NCBI RefSeq assembly: GCF_032191835.1
Contig: NC_083243.1
Span: 118,792,001-118,856,000, forward strand
Reading direction: 5' to 3'
Origin: Heteronotia binoei
Taxonomy: Eukaryota
DNA length: 64,000 nucleotides
How positions within the stretch are numbered: the first letter of the stretch is position 1; each line of letters starts with the position of its first letter. The notes under the pieces are model-generated. The model saw nothing but the letters and a program-made list of their open reading frames with translations. It had not been told where the DNA came from and searched no databases. Shown in pieces: positions 1 to 11,018 of the stretch. The position numbers were made by a program, and so were the translations under genes.

Positions 1-144
1 CATGCATGAAAAGCCAGTTGCACTCTACTGAATGGTTAAGAAGGAATACAATGAAGCAACTTTATTGCTGGTAATTTCCAGAAATCTTCAGAAACTACAG
101 TAATTCTGGTCCTTTGCTGTGTGTTTATCACAGATCCACTAGAC

Positions 145-280
145 CAGGGGTAGGGAACAGTGGCTCTCCAGATGTTTTTTGCCTACAACTCCCATCAGCC
201 CCAGCCATTGGCCATGCTGGCTGGGGCTGATGGGAGTTGTAGGCAAAAAACATCTGGAGAGCCACTGTTCCCTACCCCTG
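145..280. mobile_element. hAT (Charlie-like) MITE, 136 bp near-perfect palindrome
   Basis: 63-bp perfect inverted arms (145-207 / 218-280), termini CAGGGG...CCCCTG, 10-nt loop; 8-bp TSD CACTAGAC at 137-144 and 281-288. Confidence 0.9.
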
Positions 281-510
281 CACTAGACAAAAGATGAGAG
301 AATGACTGAATATATAATCTGATAAGACATTTTCCAATGAGAAAAGTGATCAGATGTTCCCACCAAAAAGTATAATCTTGATGGGCATTGCTGTGACAAG
401 TTGTCACACAGCCGGGCCTAGCAGGGCCTTCTACTGGCTGCCACCACTCTGGTAAGGGTCTGTATAGAAGGACCCAGAGCACCCAACCACCCCTGTATCT
501 TCCTTATTAA

Positions 511-1109
511 TAGAGTCATAGAATCATAGAGTTGGAAGGGACCTCTAGAGTCATCTAGTCCAATGCCCTACACAATGCAGGAAACTCACAAACACTTCCC
601 CCTAAATTCACAGGATCTTCATTGCTGTCAAATGGCCATCTAGCCTCTGTTTAAAAACCTCCAAGGAAGGAGAATCCACCACCTCCCGAGGAAGCCTATT
701 CCACTGAGGAATCGCTCTAACGGTCAGGAATTTCTTCCTAATGTTGAGCCGGAAACTCTTTTGATTTAATTTCAACCCATTGGTTCTGGTCCTACCTTCT
801 GGGGCCACAGAAAACAATTCCACACCATCCTTTATATGACAGCCCTTCAAGTACTTGAAGATGGTGATCATATCACCTCTCAGCCGCCTCCTCTCCAGGC
901 TAAACATCCCCAGCTCCTTCAACCTTTCCTCATAGGACTTGGACTCCAGACCCCTCACCATCTTTGTCGCCCTCCTCTGGACCCATTCCAGCTTGTCTAT
1001 ATCCTTCTTAAAATGTGGTGCCCAAAACTGAACACAATACTCCAGGTGAGGTCTTACCAGAGCAGAGTAAAGCGATACCATCATATCACATGATCTGGAC
1101 ACTATACCT
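511..1109 (-). mobile_element. CR1 LINE, 5'-truncated 3' end (RT C-terminus + 3'UTR)
   Basis: Minus ORF 608-1102 reads as CR1 ORF2 C-terminus ([19 protein letters not shown]...RRRLRGDMI...WNRLPREVV); CR1-type ATTCTATG tail repeats at ~515-530. Confidence 0.9.
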
Positions 1110-1115
1110 CCTAAT

Positions 1116-1579
1116 TGTGACCAAGGAGATGTGAGGACCCAAAGAGTATAACAACAACAGTTTATTTATAGTGCTCAAATAATAAGTGGGTGACAAAGAT
1201 TTAGTGCTAAAGGGAATATGAAAACAGTAAAGGTTGGTGCAAAGAAACAAAAGCCCTGATGCGTTTAACTATACAGTCCATACTCTATTAACCAACACTC
1301 ACCCCTTGCCTTGGATGAGGGATCTTTCCCCTGCTACAAGTTCTCTAGGCTATAGCCTGCCTGTAGCTCAGCCTTCTAGAAAAAGAACACATCCTGCCTG
1401 GGCTTGGCCCTTTTATGTTCTCCTCCCAGGCCCCACCTCTCTCTGGGCCAGTTTCCCTCCAAAAACCTTGCTACTAAATCAGAGGGACAGAAGGGATCCC
1501 AGGAAATGTAGGCTCTTTTATAACTCCTAGGCAGGCTTATCTGGGGCCTGCAGGCCTCACTAGGCCCAGGATCATGACA
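1116..1579 (-). mobile_element. Possible solo LTR
   Basis: TG...CA termini; on the minus strand TATAAAAG (1515-1522) lies upstream of AATAAA (1161-1166); no matching TSD seen. Confidence 0.35.
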
Positions 1580-1717
1580 CAAGTGTTTCTACTTTCCACA
1601 ATCATCGCACAGTCCAAGTGGCAGAGTGGAGAGGTCTTGAGTCTCTATAAGTCGTTAGCAGTGGTTCCTGCTCACTTACTGTTCTGTTCTCTTCTCCTGT
1701 GTTGTGCTCACTGCTAG

Positions 1718-1933
1718 GCATAAAAGTAAATATTGAGCTTGTACTCTCTGGAATGCAGGTAGCGCTACAGATTGGGAACAAAGAAACAGAGGCAACATTC
1801 TCCCCATGAAAGCCTGGGCACATGCTACAAAGGGAAATAAATGTTTTGCTGGTACCCTCTGGAAAACAATCAGGTAGGCAGCGCTCCTGGACAGCTGAAA
1901 GTGGATAGAAGCAAATGTCCCTTCCAAAGGCAA

Positions 1934-1972
<39 letters not shown>

Positions 1973-4900
1973 TTAACTTCAAACAAACATCAAATGATAT
2001 GAGAACTAAGAGATCTGGGATGAATAATTATTCTAAGATTTCCCATCTTTAATTTTGCTAAAAGAACAAAGAGACTATTTGAATTAGCACTGTGGTGCTG
2101 AAACAGAAGGGATAAAAGGGCAATGCTTTTTAGTTAGGAGCCTAATAGATTATCATTGTAAATTTATGCACAAGTTCACTGTATGTACAGAGAACAGGAA
2201 GTGAAGAGCTATCAGGGAAACCCATGTTTCCCATGGAAAATATGTACCGTATTTTTGGACCATAAGACGCACTTTTCCCCAAAAAAAAGTGGGGGGGGAG
2301 TGTGTGCGTCTTATGGAGCAAAGGTACCTTCCTCCGGGGGGGGTGATCCGCTGCATCCGCCTCTGATCCCGGCGCTTCCCCAGCGCCTGCCTGCCTGGCT
2401 CCAGCTTCTTCCAGCAAGTGCTGGGATCGCTCCATGCTGCCCCCACCGCAAACCCAGTGCTTCGCAAGCGCCGGCTGTGGAAGGGGCAGCGTGCTTCCTC
2501 CATGCCTGTCTGCCTGGCTCCAGCTCTGACGCTTACAGAAAGCACCAGGATTGCTCCCTCTGCCCTCCGATCCCGGCGCTTGCTTTAAGCATCAGAGCTG
2601 GAGCCAGGCAGACAGAAAGCACGTCGCCCCCTCCACAGCCGGCGCTCGCGAAGCGCTGGGTTTGCGGAGGGGGCGGGTGCTTCCTCTGTGCCTGTCTGCC
2701 TGGCTCCAGCTCTGATGCTTAAAGCAAGCGCCAGGATCGGAGGGCGGAGGGAGCGATCCTGGTGCTTGCTGTAAGCATCAGAGCTGGATGCAGGCATACA
2801 GGCACGGAGGAAGCACGCTGCCCCCTCCGCAGCCAGCGCTCACAAAGCGTGGAGCAATCCCAGCGCTTGCTGGAAGAAGCTGGAACCAGCCAGGCAGGCG
2901 CGGGGGAAGCGCCGGGATTGGAGGCGGAGGCAGCGGATCGCCCCTCAGGAGGAAGGTGCGTCCTATGGTCCGGAGTGCCTTATGGACCAAAAAAAAAGGT
3001 ATTTTCCCAAATAGTACCTGTTTCAGTTTGGGAAATGTCACAGGGAAGGAGACCGAAGCATATGCATCATGGTTCTAATTAATTGGATACTTCATATACA
3101 GGAGTACTAAAAACATGCCTGATTGTATTACATCTGACACAAGGACAGTGCCCAGACCCTATCTGTATACATTGCAATGTGTGAAGTGATATCATGGCTC
3201 TTTCCCTATATCAGGTATGGGAACTGGGAAGATTCCTTGGGTTAAATCCCTGGATATTTTATCCCAGTTAGAATTGGATGGATGGGGAGAGGTGGCATTC
3301 AGAAATGTGTTTCTCATTGGAACTAATGGAAATGAACAGGAATAGAAAAGAAGAATTTTTAAAATGAAATTTAAATAATAAAAATACCATTAACAACTTG
3401 TTACAATAGCCAGAATCCAAGAACCTGAAGTGCAGCTTAATAGGGGAAATAATATAACATTATTGGAGAAAAGCTAAGAAATCTGTTATTTCAGCATACT
3501 TATCATCACCTATTTTCAGACAGAAAATCCTTGTCCATAATGCCACAGGAAGAGAGCAAAGGTAAGTAATTCCTCTTGACTGTCCACCAAGTTTTGGCCT
3601 CCACTTTGCAGTTATTACTGCAGAGTAGGGATGGCCACAGGATTGGAAAGATCAGTTTATATACCAATCCCAAAGAAGGGTAATGTTCAAACTATCACAC
3701 CATTGCACTCATTTCACATGCCAGCAAGGTCATGTTAAAGATCCAACAAGCTAGGCTTCAGCAGTATGTAGATCGGGAACTACCAGAAGTTCAAGCTGCG
3801 TTTTGGAGAGGTAGAGGAACTAGAGATCAAATTGCCAGCATTTGCTAGATTATGGCGGGGAGGGTGGTGTATAAATCAAATTAAACTTAAACAAACTACA
3901 GAGAAAGCACAGGCGTATCAGAAAAATGTCTATTTCTGCTTCATTGACTATGCTAAAGCCTTTGATCGTGTGGATCACAACAAACTGTGGCAAGTCCTTA
4001 AAGAGATGGGAGTACCAGACCACCTCACATGTCTCCTGAGAAACCTATATAAGAGTCAAGAAGCAACTGTCAGAATGGGATATGGAGCAACTGATTGGTT
4101 TAGAATAAGAAAGGGGGTTCGACAAAGATGTATATTGTCACCCTGCTTATTTAATTTATATGCAGAGTACATCATGCGGAATGCTGGCCTGAAAGAAGCA
4201 GAAGCCAGAATTAAGATTGCCAGGAAAAACACCAACAACCTCAGATATGCAGATGACACCACTCTAATGGCAGAAAGTGAGGAGGACCCAAAGAGCCTCT
4301 TGTTGAGGGTGAAAGAGGAGAGCACAAAAGTAGGCTTGAAACTCAACATAACAACTCAACATAACATAACTCAACAACGTTTGCTTTTTGGGAGGACAGC
4401 TATGGCAAACCTGGGCAGTATGATAAAAAGTAAAGACATTACCCTGCCAACAAAAGTTCGTATAGTCAAAGCAATGGTATTCCCAGTAGTAATGTATGAC
4501 TGTGAGAGCTGGACTATAAGGAAGGCCAAGCAAAGAATAGATGCTTTTGAGATGTGGTGCTGGAGAAGAATCTTGAGAGTCTCTTGGACTGCAAAAAGAT
4601 CAAATCAGTCAGTCCTAAGGGAAATCAACCCTGGTTATTCCCTGGAAGGTCAGATGCTGAAGCTGAAGCTCAAATACTTTGGCCACCAAATGAGAAGACC
4701 CTGATTCTGGGAAAGACAGAAGGCAAAAGAAGAAGGGGATGGTGAAAGATGAGATGGCTGGACAGCGTTACTGATGTAACAAACATGAATTTGAGCAGAC
4801 TTCGGAAGATGGTGGAAGACAGGAGGGCGTGACTTTCTCCATGGGGTCGCAAAGAGTCAGACTCAACTGTGCGACTGAACATCAAAGGGATCGACATGAA

Positions 4901-7900
4901 CCAGAAACATGGAGGTTTGTGGAGGTTTATGCTTCAAGGGTTTCACAAACCCCAAAGTATGAACTTTTCCATTGCACAAACCGGTTCGTGCTTTGGGAAG
5001 CTGGGGGGGCACCTAGAAGTTGCCCCAAAGGCATTTAAATACCATTGGAGCCCAACACTCTCATCCAAGTGAGTTCTGAGGGCATTTAAATGCCTTTGGA
5101 GCCTACTTCCACGATGGGCTGCCTGACTGGAAGTGAGCCCCAAAGGCGTTTAAATGCCTTTGGACCCCGCCTGCAAGTCAGGCCAGCCTGACTGAACTCC
5201 AAGAGTGAGCTCCAAAAGCCTTTAAATGCCTTCAGAGCTCACTCAGGTGGGGGTGATGGGTTCCAGCAGCAACTAAATGCCTTTGGAGCTCATTCTGAAC
5301 CCACCCATGAACCTGAACCTCCATGAAGAGGTTTGTGGGTGGATTTGGGGACAAACCGGTCTCCTGAATGCCTGGTTCATGCTATCCTAACTAGTCTGGT
5401 TTGTGCCAAACTGGGGTTCATAAGTCAGTTTGTGCTCACCCCTACTGCAAAACTTATGTAGCCAAGGCAAACCTATTTCTTTGTTTCTTTGCTGTCACTA
5501 ATTATTTTTCTGGTGATATCTTGTCCTTTGCCAAACACACCGACAGTAAGCACATGAAACCCTAATTGTCTTTTTTTTTTTTAAATGAAATTCAGGAAAG
5601 CATATGTTTGGGTTGGACCTTGTGGCATGAAGAAAAGCAGCTGTGGTGATGTCTGAAACAGAAAACTGGCCGATGGTTTCTGGCTCATCTCTCTTTCTAC
5701 CTCATCTCGTTTTCATTTAAAATTGCACTTTCCCATTTAAAAATAGTTATTGGGGTCTCATTACCTACATCTCTATGCAATGCACAGCAAAAATGAGTCT
5801 GTCAGCATTAGAAGAGGATTTTGCAAATCTTAAACAAGTTTTCTCTCAGAGGCTTTCTCATAAAGGCAGTGGTCATCTCTGGAAATATTGTTCTAAGCAT
5901 TTATTTGCCAGATTTGACCCAACAGGAAGCTTATGGATCACTGTGGTGTAATACCACAGAGAGCACAGAATTTAAAACATGAGATTAATTTTCAGTTTGT
6001 TATGTTATGATGGGTAGGCTTTCATGCCTAGAGCAAAGTGAAAAGAAAATGGGAAACTGACACTGAACCCAGTTTTGAAACTGCAGCTGGCGGAAAATGT
6101 AACAGCTATCTCCTTATAGGACTCAGTCAAAAGGAATATATAAGACCAATGAATCTGCTGATTGCACTGCCTGCTTGTACATTACGAGCTACAGATTAAG
6201 GTACTGTTTGTTACTTCAGAGCTTGAGTCTGACACACTTGAGGGAAACTCTCCTTTGATATGAATTTCCATACCTATTAACATCATCAGGCAACATTTTG
6301 CTTTGGAGTTCCTCTAATCAGGAAGGCATACGACAAAATCTTTTTGGCTAGGGTAACTCAATCTGGAAATGCTTTCCCAAGGGAAGCTCACATTTTCCTT
6401 AAACCAAACCTAAATGCTTATTTCTGGAACGGTTCCCCTGAGAACTACATGCCTGATGTCCCTCTCTTTTGTTCTATCAATATGCTGTTAGGCAACATAT
6501 AATCCACACAATTTGCAGGAAAATTCTTTTTCAGGTAGGTGATGTATCTTTTGTGTTGTTAGTGTTTTTTTGTTTAACTTCCTGTGTGCTGTGTTTTATA
6601 TTTCTCCTGGCATTGTTATTGGTGCTCACCCTGTTTCCACTCAGGTATTTAACTGGCAGCATTCCTAAACCTCTCACCTGTCAGGCCCCAGCCATCATCA
6701 CTCTGAAAGTGCAAGCATTAACATTTACAAAAAGGAACAAAGAACTATTTTCTTAACCATTCAAAGGCTATGAATACGTGCCTGCTTCAACCAAAGCATG
6801 ATTTTGGCATGCAGTTTGATTATATTGACAACTGACAAAGGCATCCAATAAGATATTATGGACAGGTCCCATTGATTATCTGTTCAGGAGACAGTGACAG
6901 CATCTTAGAAGTGAAACTTATGGCCAAAAATGCTAATAAGCATAGGGCAGGATCTCTCATCTATGTTAATGGCCATGTTACAAAATATTCTACACAGTAC
7001 AGTATTAATTAGGGCAGGGAGGGTCAGCTTGAGGTCTAGGTCTACAGTTTTCACCCCCACACCAAGGAGGAAGACAACTGCTGCTCACCTGGAAGATTAC
7101 CTACTTTCCCAGAATGCAATAGAGACATCTGCAAAGTAGCTTATACTGGGAAGGTCACCTTGCTAAGTCAGAAACTATATACACCTTGTGCCCAGTTTTT
7201 AGCCAGGCATTGGTTTCAGTGAAGACAGGTACATGCTTAGGCTGTAGAAGTATGCATTTTTGGCAACCAAACCAAACCAAATAAAATATTATTTCCTAAC
7301 ACCTGAATCCTATGCATATTTAGGTGGAAGAAAAGTCCACTGATTTCAGTGGAAGGGCTCTCAACAAAGTATGTGATGTGTAAGTTTTCTCCCTGCTTGA
7401 CTTCAGTTCATTCCAAGTAATCCTTCTCACCCATTTCCAGCAAAATGTTATTACATTTACATCTTTGCCTTTGAAATAACAAAACCTTCCAGGCAAGCAG
7501 AATGTCTAAAAACAGAAACTTAGAAAACACTCACTGTGTGCTATCATATACCCAGTTTATGAGGTATGTGTGTAGCAATTGTTCTTATTGCTTAGTCAAG
7601 GCAGGCACTTCATAATGCATTAACTAAGGTGTGTCACTGATACCATTTTCAAGGCCCTGCTTCAATCCGTAAAAAAATAAAGAACAGTGATACGGCAAAT
7701 AAGGGAGTATAGCAATTGCCTCAGTTGTCAAGAAATCAAGCCTTAGCTCACAGAAGAATGCATTAAAATCTTTTGTACTAAAGAGATAAAATGGTAACCA
7801 GTCTCCATAAACAAAGATTTTGGCAAATGCAAGCCATGTCTTTACACTATGCTTTGCATACCTGGCATTTGTTGAATGGTTTCCAAAACTGAAGCTTTCC

Positions 7901-9682
7901 CATGGGAAGACAAAGAAACAATAGCAGTTTCTTCTGAATGAAACTCTCTTTATAGGCGAAGGATAAACATAAAGTGTACAATTTGAAAGTTTGCTTTTAA
8001 CTGTGCAAGTGACCAATTACATAACTAATTAAAATAACTTTAAAAATAATTGTGTGGGAAGATTTTTTTAAAATGATGAAACTGAAGAATACATTGAAAA
8101 GAAAAGGTAACTGGGAGGTACATAAATCCATGTATTTTCATGGTCTTAAAACATTGTAGGAATATATCCTTACACTGAAATCTATATGCAGGAAATTAAT
8201 TTTTATAACCATACTAACCGTACCAAATTATGCACACACTCACACATCCATTCAATTTCTAGAGCCAGAATAATTCAGAATAGGAAATTCCTTTGGCTAA
8301 TGAGTGCTGAGAGAGGTCAGAGGTTTCAGCTGGGTACAAATAAAGTAAAATGAAGTAGAACAAATACAGCTAATCAAGAAAGAAACACACTGAAGAAAAA
8401 TAACTAACTGGATACAAATACTAGGTACAAATAAAGTAAAATGAAGTAGAACAAATACCACTAACCAAGAAAGAAACACACTGAAGAAAAATAACAGTTT
8501 TATGCAAGAGTCCAGTTCATGAGTACCCAGCTTGCTGGGGTGGGGGGGTGGGGGGGAATCTAGATGACTAGGGAAGGTAATAGCAAACCACCCCGTAAAA
8601 AGTTTGCCGTGAAAACGTTGTGAAAGCAATGTCACCCCAAAGTTGGAAACGAGTGAATCTTGCACAGTAACATTCCCTATAGTTAGCTTAGTCACTTTAA
8701 AAATGTACATCCCTTCATAGTTCTTCTCCTGGATTTCATATTTGAATTTCTGAATCTCCTCAAAGTGGGTTTCCATATCCACACTAATTAGCACCTATAC
8801 AGACAAGATGGGATTGAAATCACACATGCTTTTTAAAAAGCGGAAAGTGGTTGGATTGCAGTTATAAGCCAATCTTTCTACATGGCCATCAATAGATTCA
8901 GAAAGCTGATGTAGGTATATTTAAAACAGCCTTTTTGTTTTTCACACATGCACCTCAACAGTGAAAGAATGACTGAAAAGTAAGCATGAGTGATTTTTTC
9001 TTATAATCTGACATTTCTTTCTGACTAAATTTACAAGGTGTTCTGCCCCAGAAAATTTCTAAAGTCTGATTTGTATCACAGAAGTATCAGCCATATCAGC
9101 TATAGAAATATCTCCATTAGTATTGTCCCAAAAAGAATAATCTGGCAAACACTAATCCACTCCTCTACAGGCATCAGTTGATGCAGCTGCCTGGAGATAT
9201 ACAGCACAGTATAATTATGAAAGGCAACTTTATAGCCCCTGCATATGGTATTCTCAATGAGTAACTTTTTTCCCTTTGGGATTTTTTTTTAAATGAGATA
9301 ACAGATGTATTAAAGTGTTTCTCAAATATTCTCTTAGTAGTCAGCCATGACAAGATCTTTATTATTTCTCACACGCCATATATGTAAATCTCTGGACTTT
9401 AGGTTAGCTGCTAGACATTACATATTTTCAGACTTCTTAATTTAAGGCTGCGTTTTATACTGACTATAGTCATCTATGGCTTTATTTTAAATTATTTCTG
9501 AGAGATATCCTGTTGTCAGGACAACTGGGGATTCCAAGGCCAACAAGCAAAATTCAGACATTCTGAAGTCCATTTCCCCCAATTCTTTTTCTTCTTCAGA
9601 AATGAAAAGAGCTACTTGTAATCTTGAAAGTGTTCTCCCTGAAGATATTTTGGAGGACAGGAGTGAACCAGGAGAAGGCTAA
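1718..9682 (+). CDS. Candidate last coding exons of an unidentified host gene (1718-1758, 3495-3561, 9600-9682)
   Basis: Three AG/GT-bounded, phase-compatible segments splice to GIKVNIELVLSGMQ-HTYHHLFSDRKSLSIMPQEESK-E-MKRATCNLESVLPEDILEDRSEPGEG*; polypyrimidine acceptors, AAG|gtaagt donor at 3561, AATAAA at 9808-9813; protein not recognised. Confidence 0.3.
1930..1972. repeat. (CT)n(CA)n compound microsatellite
   Basis: Visible dinucleotide runs. Confidence 0.95.
2247..2999. mobile_element. Non-autonomous Tc1/mariner (Tc2/pogo-like) DNA transposon with internal repeats
   Basis: Left end TA|CCGTATTTTTGGACCATAAGACGCAC; degenerate inverted right end ...CTTATGGACCAAAAAAAAAGG|TA; TA target duplication; GC-rich internal hairpin repeats, no transposase. 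Confidence 0.75.
3632..4881 (+). mobile_element. RTE-BovB LINE, 5'-truncated and internally deleted
   Basis: ORF 3832-4704 has BovB RT motifs (FIDYAKAFD, GVRQRCILSPCLFNLY, LRYADD, FEMWCWRR); BovB-type 3' end GGGGTCGCAAAGAGTCAGAC...GACTGAAC. Confidence 0.9.
4886..5443. mobile_element. Probable non-autonomous DNA transposon with internal tandem repeats
   Basis: Degenerate inverted ends (AGGGATCGACATGAACC / GTTTGTGCTCACCCCT); five ~50-70 bp units carrying GGCATTTAAATGCC-like palindromes. Confidence 0.45.
8333..8495. repeat. Local tandem duplication, two ~72-bp copies (8333-8404, 8424-8495)
   Basis: GGTACAAATAAAGTAAAATGAAGTAGAACAAATAC...CAAGAAAGAAACACACTGAAGAAAAATAAC occurs twice. Confidence 0.9.
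8545..8668 (+). mobile_element. SINE/RTE-related 3' tail fragment
   Basis: GGAAGGTAATAGCAAACCACCCCG...GTCACCCCAAAGTTGGAAACGA resembles BovB/Sauria-SINE-type 3' ends. Confidence 0.5.
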
Positions 9683-9885
9683 ATTACACAATAGAATTCT
9701 TGCTCTCGTTCAAGAAGAAGGATTAGAACCAGATAATTAGGAGCAAATAACAATAGAATTATATGCTCCTAATTATATGCATCGTTTTTTACATACACAA
9801 CGGATAAAATAAATGTTCTTCAAATAATCAGTTCAGACAACAGGCCTGTATCATGAGCCAGTCACATATCTGAGTAGTTTGGGAA

Positions 9886-10090
9886 GTAGGCTTGCCAATC
9901 GCCAGGTCCCAGCAGGGGTTTCCCACTTTTGCAGGCTCCTTCCCGGCCCCAGACAGCTGGCCAGCGGGGCGGGGGGGGGGGGAGAACCATGCCCCAACAG
10001 CCCTCATGACCCTGGGGACACCTTTTTTTTCCTAGAAAGGTGCACTGTGCCTTTAAATCTTAGATCAGGCTGCGGGTGGTGCAAGCCTGC
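9886..10090. mobile_element. Dispersed MITE-like repeat (TAGG(G/C)TTGCCA family); related copies at ~20150-20343, ~20840-21070, ~47832-48060, ~53160-53253, ~54410-54503, ~63762-64000
   Basis: Shared TAGGCTTGCCAAT/TTGGCAACCCTA termini and internal segments recur across the window. Confidence 0.6.
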
Positions 10091-10552
10091 AGAACAACAT
10101 GCCTGGTAGAAGGGAAGGGAAGGAGTCCAGAAACTACACTGGTTTTATAATAATCTCAGAGGCCGTTTGCACAGGTCGTTTTGTAGAAAAATAGGTGGTG
10201 GAACTCATCCAGGGATTGTTATGCGACTGCACATACTATTCAATGGACAAGGAAGTGGAACTCTCAGAAAGGTTCAGGAGCTGTGCTCCTGTGAGCTCCC
10301 ACTGAATCTGAGACATGTGGTGGTTGTTTCCTAGGGCACCCTTAAAGGAAAAGACTCAGTCCTTTTTCTTCTAAGCCATGATACTTGGAAACACTAGTTA
10401 CAAATCAGAGAACAGTTTAATTTTAGATACCTTTTTATCTTAGATACCTTTTTAATCTTAGAGGAGGCAGAGTCAGCCACAAAATTGTTGTCACAGCTTA
10501 CCTTCAGTGACATGGTGAAGATCCACAAGGTGGTGGCAGCTACTGCCATAAG

Positions 10553-11018
10553 CGGGGGTCACTTTGTAGAAAAATAGGTGGCTGAGCTCATTAGCATAAC
10601 TCATTAGTGTATGCTGCCCCCCCCCCCAGCCAAAAGTAACCCAATGCAAGAAAGGAAAGCCCCAGGCAAGCGAGGCCTGATTGGGCTTGCTAGAGATCCA
10701 GCCAGCCCAAGCAGGCCTCGTTCACCTGGGACTCTCTTGGGCTGCCCCCTCCAGTCAAAAGGCCAGCAATCCACCCACTGGCCAAAATCACATAAGAAGT
10801 GGAGAAACGGTGGTGTGGATTTCTCCAGGGATTAATGAGGGCTGCTGGGGGTGTGGCAAAGCTCCTGGTGGCTGGCTGGCTACTTGCTCTCCTAATCCAG
10901 GGATTGCTATGCAGCTGCACCTACTATTCAATGGACAAGGTAGATGGGGAGGAAGAGGGGGAACCCTCAGAAAGGTTCAAGAGCTGCGCTCCTGTGAGCT
11001 CCTGCTGAATCTGAGGCC
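10553..11018. mobile_element. Dispersed interspersed repeat, three copies (~10160-10317 internally deleted, 10553-11018, ~19236-19688)
   Basis: Shared TTTGTAGAAAAATAGGTGG start and GAACCCTCAGAAAGGTTCAGGAGCTG...GAGCTCCTGCTGAATCTGAG end; ORF track gives the same QGLLCSCTYYSMDKVDGEEEGEPSERF peptide in two copies. Confidence 0.75.

Noticed and set aside
5025-5290. Repeat-spacer pattern resembling a CRISPR array
   Set aside because: Eukaryotic context, degenerate repeats, spacers related to each other, no cas genes
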